64,000 nucleotides of DNA, from contig OX597829.1 of NCBI GenBank assembly GCA_951406725.2, forward strand, positions 3,844,001 through 3,908,000. Reading direction: 5' to 3'. Shown here piece by piece: positions 12,451 through 27,157 of the stretch. A program made the position numbers and the translations under genes. This DNA is from Octopus vulgaris. Its lineage: Eukaryota. A model generated the notes under the pieces. That model saw nothing but the letters and a program-made list of their open reading frames with translations. It had not been told where the DNA came from and ran no database searches. The first letter of the stretch is position 1; each line of letters begins with the position of its first letter.

Positions 12451-13061
12451 TCATCTGACTGCTCTCCTTTCCTCTCTTCATGTGACACCTACTTCCTCTC
12501 TTGATTCCTACCTAACTTCTCACTTCAGTGATACCCCCTCCACCCCACACCACCATATACATCCCACTCCCACTCACCCTATCCCTAACCCTACATTCTC
12601 ACCCCACAGCTACATCCTTATCCCAAACCCACACCCCAGCCTCACATCCCCTCACCCTAACACCGCTATACCACACACCACCACATCACAGCACCCCACA
12701 TCACTCCGCACACACAAGCACTGACCACTTTCCAGCACCCACACCGTCATACACACACCTACACATTACAGTCACACACACACACGTACACATCTACACG
12801 TCAAAGTCACCAGCCCCTGTCCACATGCACATGCTTACACACTCCCACATAAACACACGTGCACCTTCCTTTTGGGATCACCACTACTTCAATATCTTCC
12901 CTTCTTTCTAGGTCCCATGTCCAACCAGTCGCCATGATTGACCGCTAACTCTACAAGTTTTTTTTTATTCTCTCTCCGTTGATTTCATCTTGTTCCTTCC
13001 GGCTGATAAGTGCAGGCTCGAAACGTAGAAGACTTTCTCATCTTCCTGAGTGTCAAACTTC

Positions 13062-14224
<1,163 letters not shown>

Positions 14225-14229
<5 letters not shown>

Positions 14230-14440
14230 ATATGACAATAAAAAATGAATGAGAACTCGATATTATGTAAAATAGAGGAATTTATCTATATATATATATA
14301 TAATATGTGTTAGTTGGTTGTCATAATAAAACTCAGAGTTTCGCCTAACGGTGCTGAAGTCTACTCCGTGCGATGTCGGAGCAGACTTCAGCTCTGGTAT
14401 CCGAAACTCTGAGTTTTATTATGATAACCAACTAATTGTC
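14225..14440 (-). repeat. Palindromic interspersed repeat (fold-back core 14310-14435)
   Basis: 34-bp outer arms with 1 mismatch and 16-bp inner arms with 1 mismatch; homologous to 11300-11605. Confidence 0.8.
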
Positions 14441-14583
14441 ACACACACACATATATTTAATATATAGTCATATATATATTTAATTATATATATATATGTA
14501 TACATGCATATATATATTTTATATATACATGCATATAGATTTACTTACATATATGTATGCATATACAATATGTATGTAAATAA

Positions 14584-14621
<38 letters not shown>

Positions 14622-14701
14622 ATATTCATGCATGTTTTTTATGAATATATGAATGTTTATGTATCGTTACATATATATCAGTACATATATATATTCACAT
14701 G

Positions 14702-14742
<41 letters not shown>

Positions 14743-14935
14743 TGAGTATGTATATGTGCATATATATATATATGTATTCATGTATATAATATATAGTTAT
14801 TTATGTGTGTGTATAAATGCATATGTATATATATAACATGTATATGCATATATATTTGTATATGCATTAGGAAGAACAAATAAACTGCACAAGTACTCTT
14901 TTTTCAACCTTGTTTCACATTTATGTGTTTACTCC

Positions 14936-14980
<45 letters not shown>

Positions 14981-15034
14981 CATAGTCTATATACGAATAT
15001 ATGTATAATGGCTTATGCATTTTTTGTATGTTTA

Positions 15035-15075
<41 letters not shown>

Positions 15076-16451
15076 GATACTAATTACTAAGTGCTAGAAC
15101 CCTGTCTGGATTTGTATGAGAATCGGGTGTTTCGAGACTACATACGTGTCTGTAATATTCATTCATCTGTAGATTTTTAGAGCGATAGAAAATGTGTTTT
15201 TTTGTGTGTGTTTGTTTACTTATGCATGCACGTGTACGCGTGTGTGCGTGTGCAGAAACGAAACGCTCGTATTCATGTGTGTGTGTCATCATACGCTGAC
15301 ACTAGTACCTGGGGTCATTGATTCAGAAGTACATATGGTAGACACGTTGCTTTTGCAGAGTATATAGTTATTTATACACATCCGTAACTTTGTGTGTAGC
15401 TATACACCTTGTAGGTCTTGTTTCCGACCTATCACTGTAAATGTCATTTCTGTGTTTAATCTCACATCGGTTGTCAATCATTTTGCTAAAATGGGTACAA
15501 TGTACGAAATATCCACCAAAGAATCCTATTAGTTTTTTATGAGCACGATTTCGCGTTTCTCTGTAATGATTCATTTAGTAGTTAGTATTTAATTGCTCGT
15601 TAGGTGATATGTTGCAGTGTAGATATGAGAGGTAGACGAAAATTCTTTCACTGAATTTTCGGTAGCTGGCCACAGTTCGGTCCTCTGAAAGAAAAAAAAA
15701 ATGACTGCGAAGGAAAGAAAAATAAAAGTGGTACCCCCAAAATGCCCTAAACTTAGTGACTGATTAAACCCATAGAAAGGTATTTAAAATAATCAAATTT
15801 ATTTCACTCTATCGTTTACTTCCATTTGTTCCCACACTTCTTGTCCCTCTTCTTTTCTCTTCCCCATTTATTAAAGTTCCTTTTTGATGCTCTGTTGTGC
15901 CCCATTCACTAAGTGAATCTTTGTGGTTTGTTGTGGCTAGACAAATTATTCCCTATGAAAGTCATACTTTTGTAAATCTAATTAGATCTATATTCAGTAT
16001 TTGTTTTATCTTATCTGATCTTATTGTTTTGACGAACAGTGTCCGGTTTTGAAGATTTCAACAAAGGGTTTTTGCATGCGCATCACGAAAAAATATAGAT
16101 AAAATGGAATAACAATCATTGTTTAGTGGAAATGAGATTTTTGGTTACAAATTTAGCTAATCTAATCTGTCTATTTTCATATTACAATTCATCATTGAGA
16201 TGTTCTCATAGCGACTAAGTGAAACTATCAGAGGTTTGCAGTGCATCGCAAAATTTGCATTGTAAACGTTAATTTGTTTACTTTCGTTAGTTTCTGAATC
16301 AAAATTGCAAGTTGTGATTTCACAAGGTTACGTTAACAAAAAAAAAAAAAAAGTCTTCCATAACATCGTCGTGGAATCTAATTGGCTGAATCGAATTGGC
16401 CAAAATTACAAAGGGTTTTAGTCTTTAAATTGTTGTTGTTGTTGTTGTTGC

Positions 16452-16529
<78 letters not shown>

Positions 16530-16789
16530 CATTATTAATAATAATAATAATAATAATAATAATTTCTCCAGAAGTTAATTGCGATTTTCGAAGTTAACAC
16601 GGCAAACTACATCTAGGTAGGAATTCTCTGTGCGCCAAACAGAACCATACGCAAAACGGTTGAAAGGTAAAAATGGTTGTTGCTGAATTTGAACTCTTGG
16701 CGTAAAGTTACTGGACTTAAAGTACTTCCAATGCAATTGCTATTTTAATTCTAATTAGACATTTCGCTGAATGATAATTTCTTTTCAGA

Positions 16790-17105
16790 TAGGCTCTAGA
16801 TCCGTATTTCGGGGAGTGGGTAAGTCGATTGCATCTGTCCTACTATTTAACTGGTACTTATTTTATCAATTCCGGTAGAACGAAAGGTAAAGTCGACCTC
16901 GGCGGCACACTCCTGGTCAATCATTAGCTTAGTTTAGGGCGGCAAGCTGGCAGAATCGTTACACACGCCGGGGAAAATGCGGCCGCCGGGGTTGACTTTG
17001 CCTTTCATACTTTTCGGGGAGGGGTCCGATAAAATAAGTTTCAGTTGAGGGTTTAACCCCTTTTTCTCGAAATAACTAACCTTTTTCTAAAATTTGAGAC
17101 CAATA
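16790..17105. mobile_element. Two SINE family B fragments in opposite orientations
   Basis: Minus: GAAAGGTAAAGTCGACCTCGGCGG. Plus: GGCGGCAAGCTGGCAGAATCGTT...GACTTTGCCTTTCAT. Confidence 0.75.
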
Positions 17106-17981
17106 TTAGCTTAGTTTTAATCACAGGGCCACATATTTAAATGAAAAGCGAATGAGATTGTAGGACGACCAAGAGATTTGAGATGTATGTGAAGCGGACA
17201 TAGCTACAATCTTTCTAAGGTTGAAGTCAGGTGACGGGTTTCCCTCACCAACGGATTAAAGAGTCCTTGCACAATATAGAAAACGCGTGTTAAAGACAGG
17301 ACGTTGTTTCATTACAAGTACTAAATGGTCCTGAAAAGCAGGTTTGTGCAAGCAGTTGGTTTCTCATGTCTGAGAGTTCAAATCCCACTGTAGCTGATTT
17401 CACATTTACGGTAAACCAAAGAAAAAAAAAAAAAAAAGACCAGGAAGCTTCTATACAAATGGTAATTTACCGGTACAAAATAAAAAAGAGAAGTGGGTGG
17501 GCATGTATCTAATCAGAATACATCATCGATTCTGTTCATAATGCTGCGGAATAAGAAATATTAATTACATATGGAGGATTTGCACCAATATCCGTAGACA
17601 TAATTTATTGCTGTTGTTGTTGTTACCGTTGCTACAATAAAAAAAAAAAATAATAATAAAGGCGGTGCTCCAGCATGGCCGCAGTCAAATGACTGAAACA
17701 AGTAAATGAGTAAAAGAGTAACACGTGAAGAAAGTGGACAATCTACATATTGACAAAAAAATGTTATTTTTTTTTTTATTATTATTTGATTTCATACAAA
17801 TTATACATCATTGCTCTTTATACACTCGTTCTATACACACTTGTACTATCACACACACGCAAGTATATCTAATCTATATTACATTAAAATCAGTGTTATT
17901 TATTTATTACATTGAAAATTCGGGAGTAATGTTATATTATTGTTATTAAATTAAAATATTTACTAGTTGTAGCTGTAGGAA

Positions 17982-18015
<34 letters not shown>

Positions 18016-18634
18016 TTAATAATAATATTTTCGCAATAAAAATTTCGGAAGTTGGAAAACTCGTCGAATTTAGACATTAAAAAAAAAAAAAAATGTTGCA
18101 ATACAGTTTGTCAACCTCCAGGAAAATGCAATATTTCTTTCATTTTTCACAAACGAAATGTTTTATATCCAACTAGGATTTTTATTTTTTTTTCCACCAT
18201 TCATTATAGATAAATATATACACACACGCACATGCACACAAGCATGTTTTGATATACGCGTGTGTATGTGTGTGTGTGTGTGTGTTTGTAGGTATATATA
18301 TAAATGCATATATTATATTGGTATGTGTGTACATATATATATATATGTCTGTGTGTGTATATGTACGTATAGTTTGTAGCTGTATGTTAATATATGTATC
18401 TATATGTAAATACATATATGTATATTTATATGCATATATTTATATTTATATTTGTATTATATATATATATATTTATATATACACATACAATCTCGTTTTA
18501 CATATACATATATACATATGTAAATGTGTGTATGTATGTGTTTTACATATACATACATATAAATATATATATATATGTAAATGTGCGTATGTATGTGTGT
18601 ATATGTATATATACACACACATATGAAAAAATTG

Positions 18635-18682
<48 letters not shown>

Positions 18683-19485
18683 TATATATATGTATGTGTG
18701 TGCGTGTGTGTGTTTGTATATACACATACAATTTTTGACATAAACTAAACTGTTATACTATTTGTTATTACCTGTTATTCACCTGGCATTGAATGCAAAT
18801 TTTGTTGTTTAATTAACAGTTTTTGGATGCATCGGTATGGTGGTAGATAATAACAGGTTTAAAAAAAAAAAAAAATTTGCTAGTTCTATTTGCGTATTCC
18901 GCATATGTATTTCATGTGTGTGTGTGTGCATGTGTGTGTGGTGTGTGCGCGCCCCCATACAGACGGAATTTTTTTTTTTTTGCCTTAGAAAAAGAACAAC
19001 GATGTTATTATATAAGTCTTAAGCTTTTTCACCTACAGTTTTTCGAAGTTGTGAGAATGTCTCCCAACGCTTGAAGCGTATTAGTATTATTGTTGTTGTT
19101 GTTGTTGTTATCGTTGCGACCGTCATCGTCCTCGTTGTTGTTGTTGTTGTTATTATCATTATCATTATTGTCGTTATCATCATATAGCCCTTTTTACTTT
19201 CCGAGTTCAAATCGCACCGTAGTCAGCTTTACCTTTCGTCCTTCCGGGAAAAAAAATGCAACACTAATAAGATATGGATGCCTCAGTAATCTCCAAAATG
19301 CTGTCCATGTACCTAAATATGAAATCGTTCTTCTTCTTGTTGTTGTTATGGTAGCAACCACTCCCTCAAAATTACTGGCCTTCTCTTCTGCCTAGATTAG
19401 AATTAATTACTTGTTATTAATGACATGGAATCAATGTGTGTCTGTGTGTGTTTGTGTGTGTGTTTATGCATATTCGTATATAAAT

Positions 19486-19566
<81 letters not shown>

Positions 19567-19654
19567 GTGTGTATGTATTTAAATGTGAGAATAAATGTGG
19601 GTTTATATGTCTATACATCCATCCTTATATCTGAATATATATACATGCATACAT

Positions 19655-19714
<60 letters not shown>

Positions 19715-19799
19715 TATTTATATTTATATATACATACATTATATATATATATATATTATTTATATTTATATATACATACATTATATATATATATATTAT

Positions 19800-19925
19800 A
19801 TTTATCGAAATTACTACGATGATCCGGTTCTTGACTGAAGACTGAGGGCTTCGAATGTCCTGTCTGTGTTTGTTGTATCGTCTTCTAAGTGTTATGCGTT
19901 CTTGTCTCAGTTTGTATTTTTCTAC
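19800..19925 (+). repeat. Short interspersed repeat (second copy at 38462-38595, minus strand)
   Basis: GATGATCCGGTTCTTGACTGAAGA...GGCTTCGAATGTCC...GTTCTTGTC.CAGTTTGTAT is shared between the two loci. Confidence 0.75.
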
Positions 19926-19927
19926 AT

Positions 19928-19969
<42 letters not shown>

Positions 19970-19998
19970 CATTATTTTTATATATATATATATATACA

Positions 19999-20036
<38 letters not shown>

Positions 20037-20064
20037 TATTTATATATATATATATATATATACA

Positions 20065-20095
<31 letters not shown>

Positions 20096-20218
20096 CATAC
20101 ATGATTTATATATATATATATTTAGATATATATATATACATACATTATATATATATATACACATATTATATTTATATATATACATACATACATTATATAT
20201 ATATATATACATACATAC

Positions 20219-20251
<33 letters not shown>

Positions 20252-20849
20252 CAGCTGAAACTAAGTTAGTACATGGGTAATTATTTTATTTCGTATATTT
20301 TTCACTTGTTTATTGCTATGGTTTTGTGTTGAGTTTGATCTGAGAACATAATCTTTTGTGGAGAATGACGATTTGACGTCTATATCTAGCATGTTGACTG
20401 TCCACTTTTCGTGTTCAGTCCTTAATTGGTATATATAAATATTTTAATCTTCGGATTCTTTTTTAATATGCTAGACCACTGGTCTTAATTGATAAATATC
20501 AATTTCTACCCTTAATTAATTTTATATTATATATATATATACATACATACATTATATATATACATACATACATTATATATATATATATATATATATACAT
20601 ACACATACATTATCTTGTATATCTAATGAATGTAAGTGTGTGTGTGTGTTTATATGTAGAGAAGAAATTATATTTACGAGCACTCAATTTATCAATATGA
20701 TCAGTCTTTTAAAAACCAATGAAAAGGTTTTTTTTAAAATTTCTTTTGGATGCCACATGGCTAATAAAATGCTGACATAAGAAATTAAAAGCCATGTAGT
20801 CATTGATGCCATAATGTACTGAACCCTGGAAACTGCAATTCATGCAACA

Positions 20850-21731
20850 GGTTCAAAACGTTATCGATGTTGGTCCAGGAAAAATCAACGAGGACCATTA
20901 CCAAAGAACTGCCGGTGCTGGAGCAGACTATCAGAACTGTGATGCACAAAGATGTTCGAAACAAATTGTATATTTATTGAGGAAAAGCCAATTCGTGTCT
21001 ACAACGACAAGAAAATTTTGATTTGTTTCAAGCTGTTCCCTAAGGTTAAAAGCCTTACGTACATGGAAGTCTGGTGAGACAATCTTTGACCAACACTTGG
21101 AGGAGAAAAGACAGATGCCTAAGTGCAGATATTTCTGCTGTCTCTTGAGTGATGCACGCTAATTTTTCTACAAATCTGATGATTTTATAGAAGTGTTGAA
21201 TAATGAAAGTCATGTCACCACAGATCTTTCCATAGGTTTTTAGAATTAATGCTGCTGGATATGTTGAGGTACTGTAAAGAATTGGATCAAATATGCAGTG
21301 GAAGGTGTTCGTTTTTCGAACAAGACTCAACACCTCACAAACCCCAAGTAACCCAAGAATGGATGTACGATAATCTTTATGATCATATAACACTAAATAT
21401 GCGGCCACCAAACTCGACAGATATAATCCCATGGGCTACGAAATTAGGTACATTGTGAATGGGGAACTAATCAACATCCTCACTATATCATGGCGTCACT
21501 AAAGGCCCTCATTGCCCGGGTGATATCCAAAAATAGGTAAGAGATATTTAGTGCAGGAATGACAATGATTCCTGACCCGCATAAGAAGCCGAAGTTCGAT
21601 TCATAGAATATTCTTATAAGATAGTTTAGGGAAAATATAGGTACAACAATTTTTGGAAATACATTGGATTTTTGGTAGATTAGAGCTGTTTTATTAAATG
21701 ACCAATTATGTTCTCAAATACTTTTCATACC

Positions 21732-21734
<3 letters not shown>
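20850..21734 (+). mobile_element. Decayed Tc1/mariner (maT/DD37D-like) transposon
   Basis: FEQDSTPHK..VTQEWMYDNLYDHITLNMRPPNSTDIIPW. Ends in ...CATACCCTG followed by TA; homologous to 35375-36394. Confidence 0.75.
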
Positions 21735-21789
<55 letters not shown>

Positions 21790-22074
21790 CCATACACGTT
21801 CGCAGTCACGTGATATGTATATATTATCAAAATGTTCGAATTTTAGTTATCATTGTAAAGCGTCAAATACTTTAAAAGGCATTCGAATTAACAACGGAAA
21901 TTTACAGATGCAAAGTGATTTACTGAGAGATTTTGTCAAATTTATTGGAAGATTTAGGTGGGGTTGGATTTTCAAGTTTCACCTCACAACAGCATTTCAC
22001 ACAACACCAGATTGCATAAGTCGCCTGGCAAAATATAACGTCACAAACAGCTAAAAATTGTGTGATTCTCTATG

Positions 22075-22123
<49 letters not shown>

Positions 22124-22215
22124 TCAGTTATATACATATGTATATATGTATATAGATGTATGTATGCATGTATATATATATATATATACATACGCATATG
22201 TATGTATATATATAC

Positions 22216-22257
<42 letters not shown>

Positions 22258-22276
22258 ATATATACGTATATGTATG

Positions 22277-22324
<48 letters not shown>

Positions 22325-22607
22325 AATATATATGTGTGTGTGTATAGATACATACATATATATATTTATATATATATGTATATAAATACATATATATATG
22401 TATGTTTCTATTTTTCATTCCCTTCCAAATTGCTTTTAACAGTGGTTTGGATTTTGACTTGTCCTTCTAGCATGTAAGGCGTCCTGTTATGGTCACCTCA
22501 TTGTGCTTAAATGTGCACTAATTTTATATGTATATATGTTTATAGATACATATGTATGTATACCTATGTATATATATGCATATATATGTATTATGTGTAT
22601 ACGTTTG

Positions 22608-22656
<49 letters not shown>

Positions 22657-23331
22657 GTATATATATATATATGTATATATTTATATATATTTATATATAT
22701 ATGTATATGTGTGTGCAAATATTTGTATATACATATGGATGTATAAATATATATTTATGTACATATGTTTATATATGTATATTTTTATATATATGTATGT
22801 GTATATATATGTATGTATATATATGTGTATATATATATATGTATGTATATATATGTGTATGTATATATATGTGTTTATATATATATATATGTGTGTTTAT
22901 ATATGTATGTATATATATGTGTATGTATATATATGTGTTTATATATATATATATGTGTGTTTATATATGTATGTATATATATATGTGTATGTATATATAT
23001 GTGTTTATATATATATATGTGTGTTTATATATATATGTATATATATATGTATGTATATATATGTGTTTATATATATATATGTATATATATATGTATGCAT
23101 ATATATGTATCTGTATATATATATATATATGTATGTATATATATGTATCTGTATATATATATATATATGTATGCATATATATATGTATCTGTATATATAT
23201 ATATATGTATGCATGTATATATATGTATGGATGTATATATATATATATATATATATGTATGCATGTATATGTATACATATATATGTATGTGTATATATAT
23301 ATATGTATATTTATATACATGTATGTGTATA

Positions 23332-23728
23332 TCTTTATGTATAAAAGTGAGGTTGTGTGCTGTCTGTCTCCTACGATTTAGATTCCTAACTACTCCCACA
23401 TTTTGCGGTGCAGTTTAACCAAAACCGGGTATCTTATAGTCGTGATTCATATCGAGCCCTTCTGGGTATTAGCGCGCGTCTACGATGAGTCTACGATTTA
23501 AAAAATAATTTACCATCAATTTTTCCCATTTTTAATGCATTTTTGGCATATATAAGGGAAGTAACTCTCTAAAAATGTATTATTAAATCTCATAACGTAA
23601 AAAGCTACAGTAACACCCCCCCCTTTGTTGTTAGCCATATTGTGATGGCTATTATACTTTACATCTCTAAAAATGCTTATATAGTTATTTCCCTTACAAA
23701 CCCGAGCAACGCCGGGTGATACTGCTAG
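23332..23728 (+). mobile_element. Non-autonomous Helitron
   Basis: A|TC 5' end, subterminal hairpin CCCGAGCAACGCCGGG, CTAG|T 3' end and no TSD. A second copy is at 51101-51614. Confidence 0.85.
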
Positions 23729-23876
23729 TATATGTATATAGATGTATATAAAGAAAACAACATGAGGACGTGGTACGTGTATAGTAATAGCAGACGCTTA
23801 GGGAAAGAAAAGAATGGCGGTTTTACGTTTTGATTTCGTATATATATATATGTATGTGTGTGTGGTGTGTTTATAT

Positions 23877-23913
<37 letters not shown>

Positions 23914-23998
23914 TATAGATATATATATATATTGTTGTATTTAGGAATGGTCATTTTGCCAGTTTAGCCAATAATATATATAATATATATATGTGTAT

Positions 23999-24038
<40 letters not shown>

Positions 24039-24118
24039 TTATATATATATATATATGTATATGTTTATATATATATATATATATGTATATGTTTATATAT
24101 ATCTATATATATGTGTGT

Positions 24119-24165
<47 letters not shown>

Positions 24166-24301
24166 TAAATGAATAAATGAAAGAATGGAGTCGAACGAAG
24201 ATGTTAACAAAATTCCTTTACTCTCGAAAACGAATTTTCCATTCTGACGATAAACATAGGATAATTCATTCACCTACTTATATATACATATATATGTATA
24301 T

Positions 24302-24341
<40 letters not shown>

Positions 24342-24441
24342 GTTCATATATATATGTATATGTTCATATATATATGTATTATGTTTATATATATATGTTT
24401 ATAGATATATGTGTGTTTATATATATTATATATATATAATG

Positions 24442-24480
<39 letters not shown>

Positions 24481-24569
24481 ATATGTATATGTTTATATGT
24501 ATATATATATATGTGTATATGTATATGTTTATATATATATATATGTATGTATATGTTTATATATATATA

Positions 24570-24610
<41 letters not shown>

Positions 24611-24630
24611 GTTTGTACATATATATATGA

Positions 24631-24668
<38 letters not shown>

Positions 24669-24686
24669 GTTTGTATATATATATGA

Positions 24687-24733
<47 letters not shown>

Positions 24734-25309
24734 CTGTATATAGAAATGTATATATTGATATATACACTCATATAAACACAAAATTAACATCTAAAACCGT
24801 TCCTGAACGCTTAATCCATACAAGGAGCAGCGCACCAACCTGTTGCAAAATTATACATAATTCTGATTCCCAACTCGGACAGAATTAAGTTTGCAGCATA
24901 AAAAAGGGTGTTTACTTCTGCAGCACCCAATATGTATATACGTAAATATGCGAAAGTATATTCGTGCATGAAGAGTGAGTATGTGAGTGTAAACACACAC
25001 ACACACACACACACACAGACAAGCACACAGGCACATTAGACATGTATAATGTATTTCTTTTTCCTTTCTATCTCTCCCCGTCTCTTATCCCATGCATATA
25101 TATATATACACACACACACATATATATACACAATTACATATCCATACACACACACACACAAATATATATGCATATATAGATACATACATACACATATAAT
25201 ACAAATATTATATACATACACACAAATATATATGCATGTATATATATATATATATGTCTGTGGTTATATGAGTGTATATATCAATATATTCATTTCTATA
25301 TACAGATAA

Positions 25310-25377
<68 letters not shown>

Positions 25378-25828
25378 GGGTGTTAATAGGGTTCAGGGTT
25401 GTATTGAACACGAAAGGCAACCTTTTGATGATTTTAATTAGTTTTGATAATCGTAACAGATCTTGTTTTTATGAGACACTACTACGTATAAATTTTCTTC
25501 AACTACTTGTAATTATTTTCGTTCAATTGAAGTTAATTAATATATACAAAAAAAAAAAAGGAGTTACCGTTTGCCGTAACCTGTATAGTTACACATATTT
25601 ACACAGTAATACATTTATAACGCAGCTATTGAGATATAACTATCCTCTGTGTGTCCGTGTGTGTATGTAATAAGTGTATATAGGGATATATAATTTTCTA
25701 CTTATAAACATTTGTGTGTGTGTGTAAATTAAATATTCATATACATACATATTTGTACATAAATATTTTGTTGTTTGATAGAAACCTATTGACACTAATG
25801 CGGTGTATATGTGTGTGTGTATGTTTCA

Positions 25829-25859
<31 letters not shown>

Positions 25860-25882
25860 GGTTGTATATGTGTTTGTTTATA

Positions 25883-25939
<57 letters not shown>

Positions 25940-25960
25940 ATGGACTCTTGCGAAGTACAG

Positions 25961-25966
25961 TTTATT
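25961..25966 (-). terminator. Candidate polyadenylation signal (AATAAA) of mab-21
   Basis: First minus-strand AATAAA I could find after the mab-21 stop, about 1.2 kb downstream. A variant ATTAAA occurs earlier, at 26485-26490. Confidence 0.3.
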
Positions 25967-26268
25967 ATTCTTGGTTTTGGATTCATACCTTCCAACGCAA
26001 CAAAAGAAATTGCTTAAGGTTTTTTTTCTTTTTAAACTTATTTACTCAAAGATTTTGCACCTTGACATATGTGTTTTAAGTGGCCCAGAACATGTTCCAT
26101 TGTGACGAATAATCCCCAGTGTAGTTTTGTGTGTAGTTATGTATAAATGTGTGTGTGCATATGAATTTGTGCATTCGTACGTGTGTGTGTGTGTATATAT
26201 ATATATATATTTGTATTTGGAGATGGTTATATTTTTTGCCAATTAATCACACGCAGTGTATATTCGTT

Positions 26269-26395
26269 TGAAAACTTTCCTCTCACATCCTGTGACCTCT
26301 TCAACGACATTCCATCTCACCTTCAGTTCAGTCCATTCTGTCAATGAGATAAATTGTCGCTGAAGAGGTCACAGGCTGTGTGACGAAAGATTTCA
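26269..26395 (-). ncRNA. Long RNA hairpin downstream of mab-21 (candidate 3'UTR dsRNA element or pri-miRNA)
   Basis: Arms 26269-26319 and 26345-26395 pair without gaps. On the minus strand there are 43 Watson-Crick pairs, 3 G-U and 5 mismatches, with a 25-nt loop. The sequence is not low-complexity. The structure is certain; its function is not. Confidence 0.55.
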
Positions 26396-26666
26396 CACAA
26401 AGTTGCTATAATAATGATGATAATAATAATAATAATAATAATAAAAAAGCTGAAGTGAAGAGCAGCGAGTATACAGTGCGTGTGTTTAATTAGTAAAAAA
26501 AAAAAGAAACGAAATACCATCCCCAAATACAACAATATCAACACACGATTTCACACCAGGAATCTTGCAAAACTTAGCAAACCCTACTCTTGTCTCTTAA
26601 GCTAAAAGCAATCGTTGATGGAAGCAGAGGCGGTCACCAGTCAAATTTCACATAAATACATAAACG

Positions 26667-26724
<58 letters not shown>

Positions 26725-27157
26725 GAACTAATGTATAACTTCTAACTCGTAATGTATGCATCATTATGTAGGTTCTTATCCAGTGATATTAATTAATCAT
26801 AGTAATAGTTCCTTACATTGACGACCTGTGTATATAGTAGTGGGGGAAAGAGAAAAAAAGATTTGATTGTGTAATGCTGTGATGATGATGATGTTTTTAG
26901 TAGCAAGTTTTTTCTATGTGACAACAACAGAAACAACAACAACAACAACAATAAATAGTAAATTCATAATAAATAAGAGTTGTAGTTGTTGTAATTATTA
27001 TTAATAATAATAATAGTAGTAGTAGTATCGTATCAAATGAATGTAATTAACGATGATCATTAGAGGTTGTTAAATGAAAAACAAGTGACCATAAATATTA
27101 GTTGTTTTGTGTGGCGTGTGTATATGGTTTCTGTTTGTGTGTTAAATGCTTTTTCCT

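Noticed and set aside
26345-26366. Plus-strand UGAGAUAAAUUGUCGCUGAAGA resembles bantam
   Set aside because: The seed differs (GAGAUA versus GAGAUC), and pairing is weaker on this strand.
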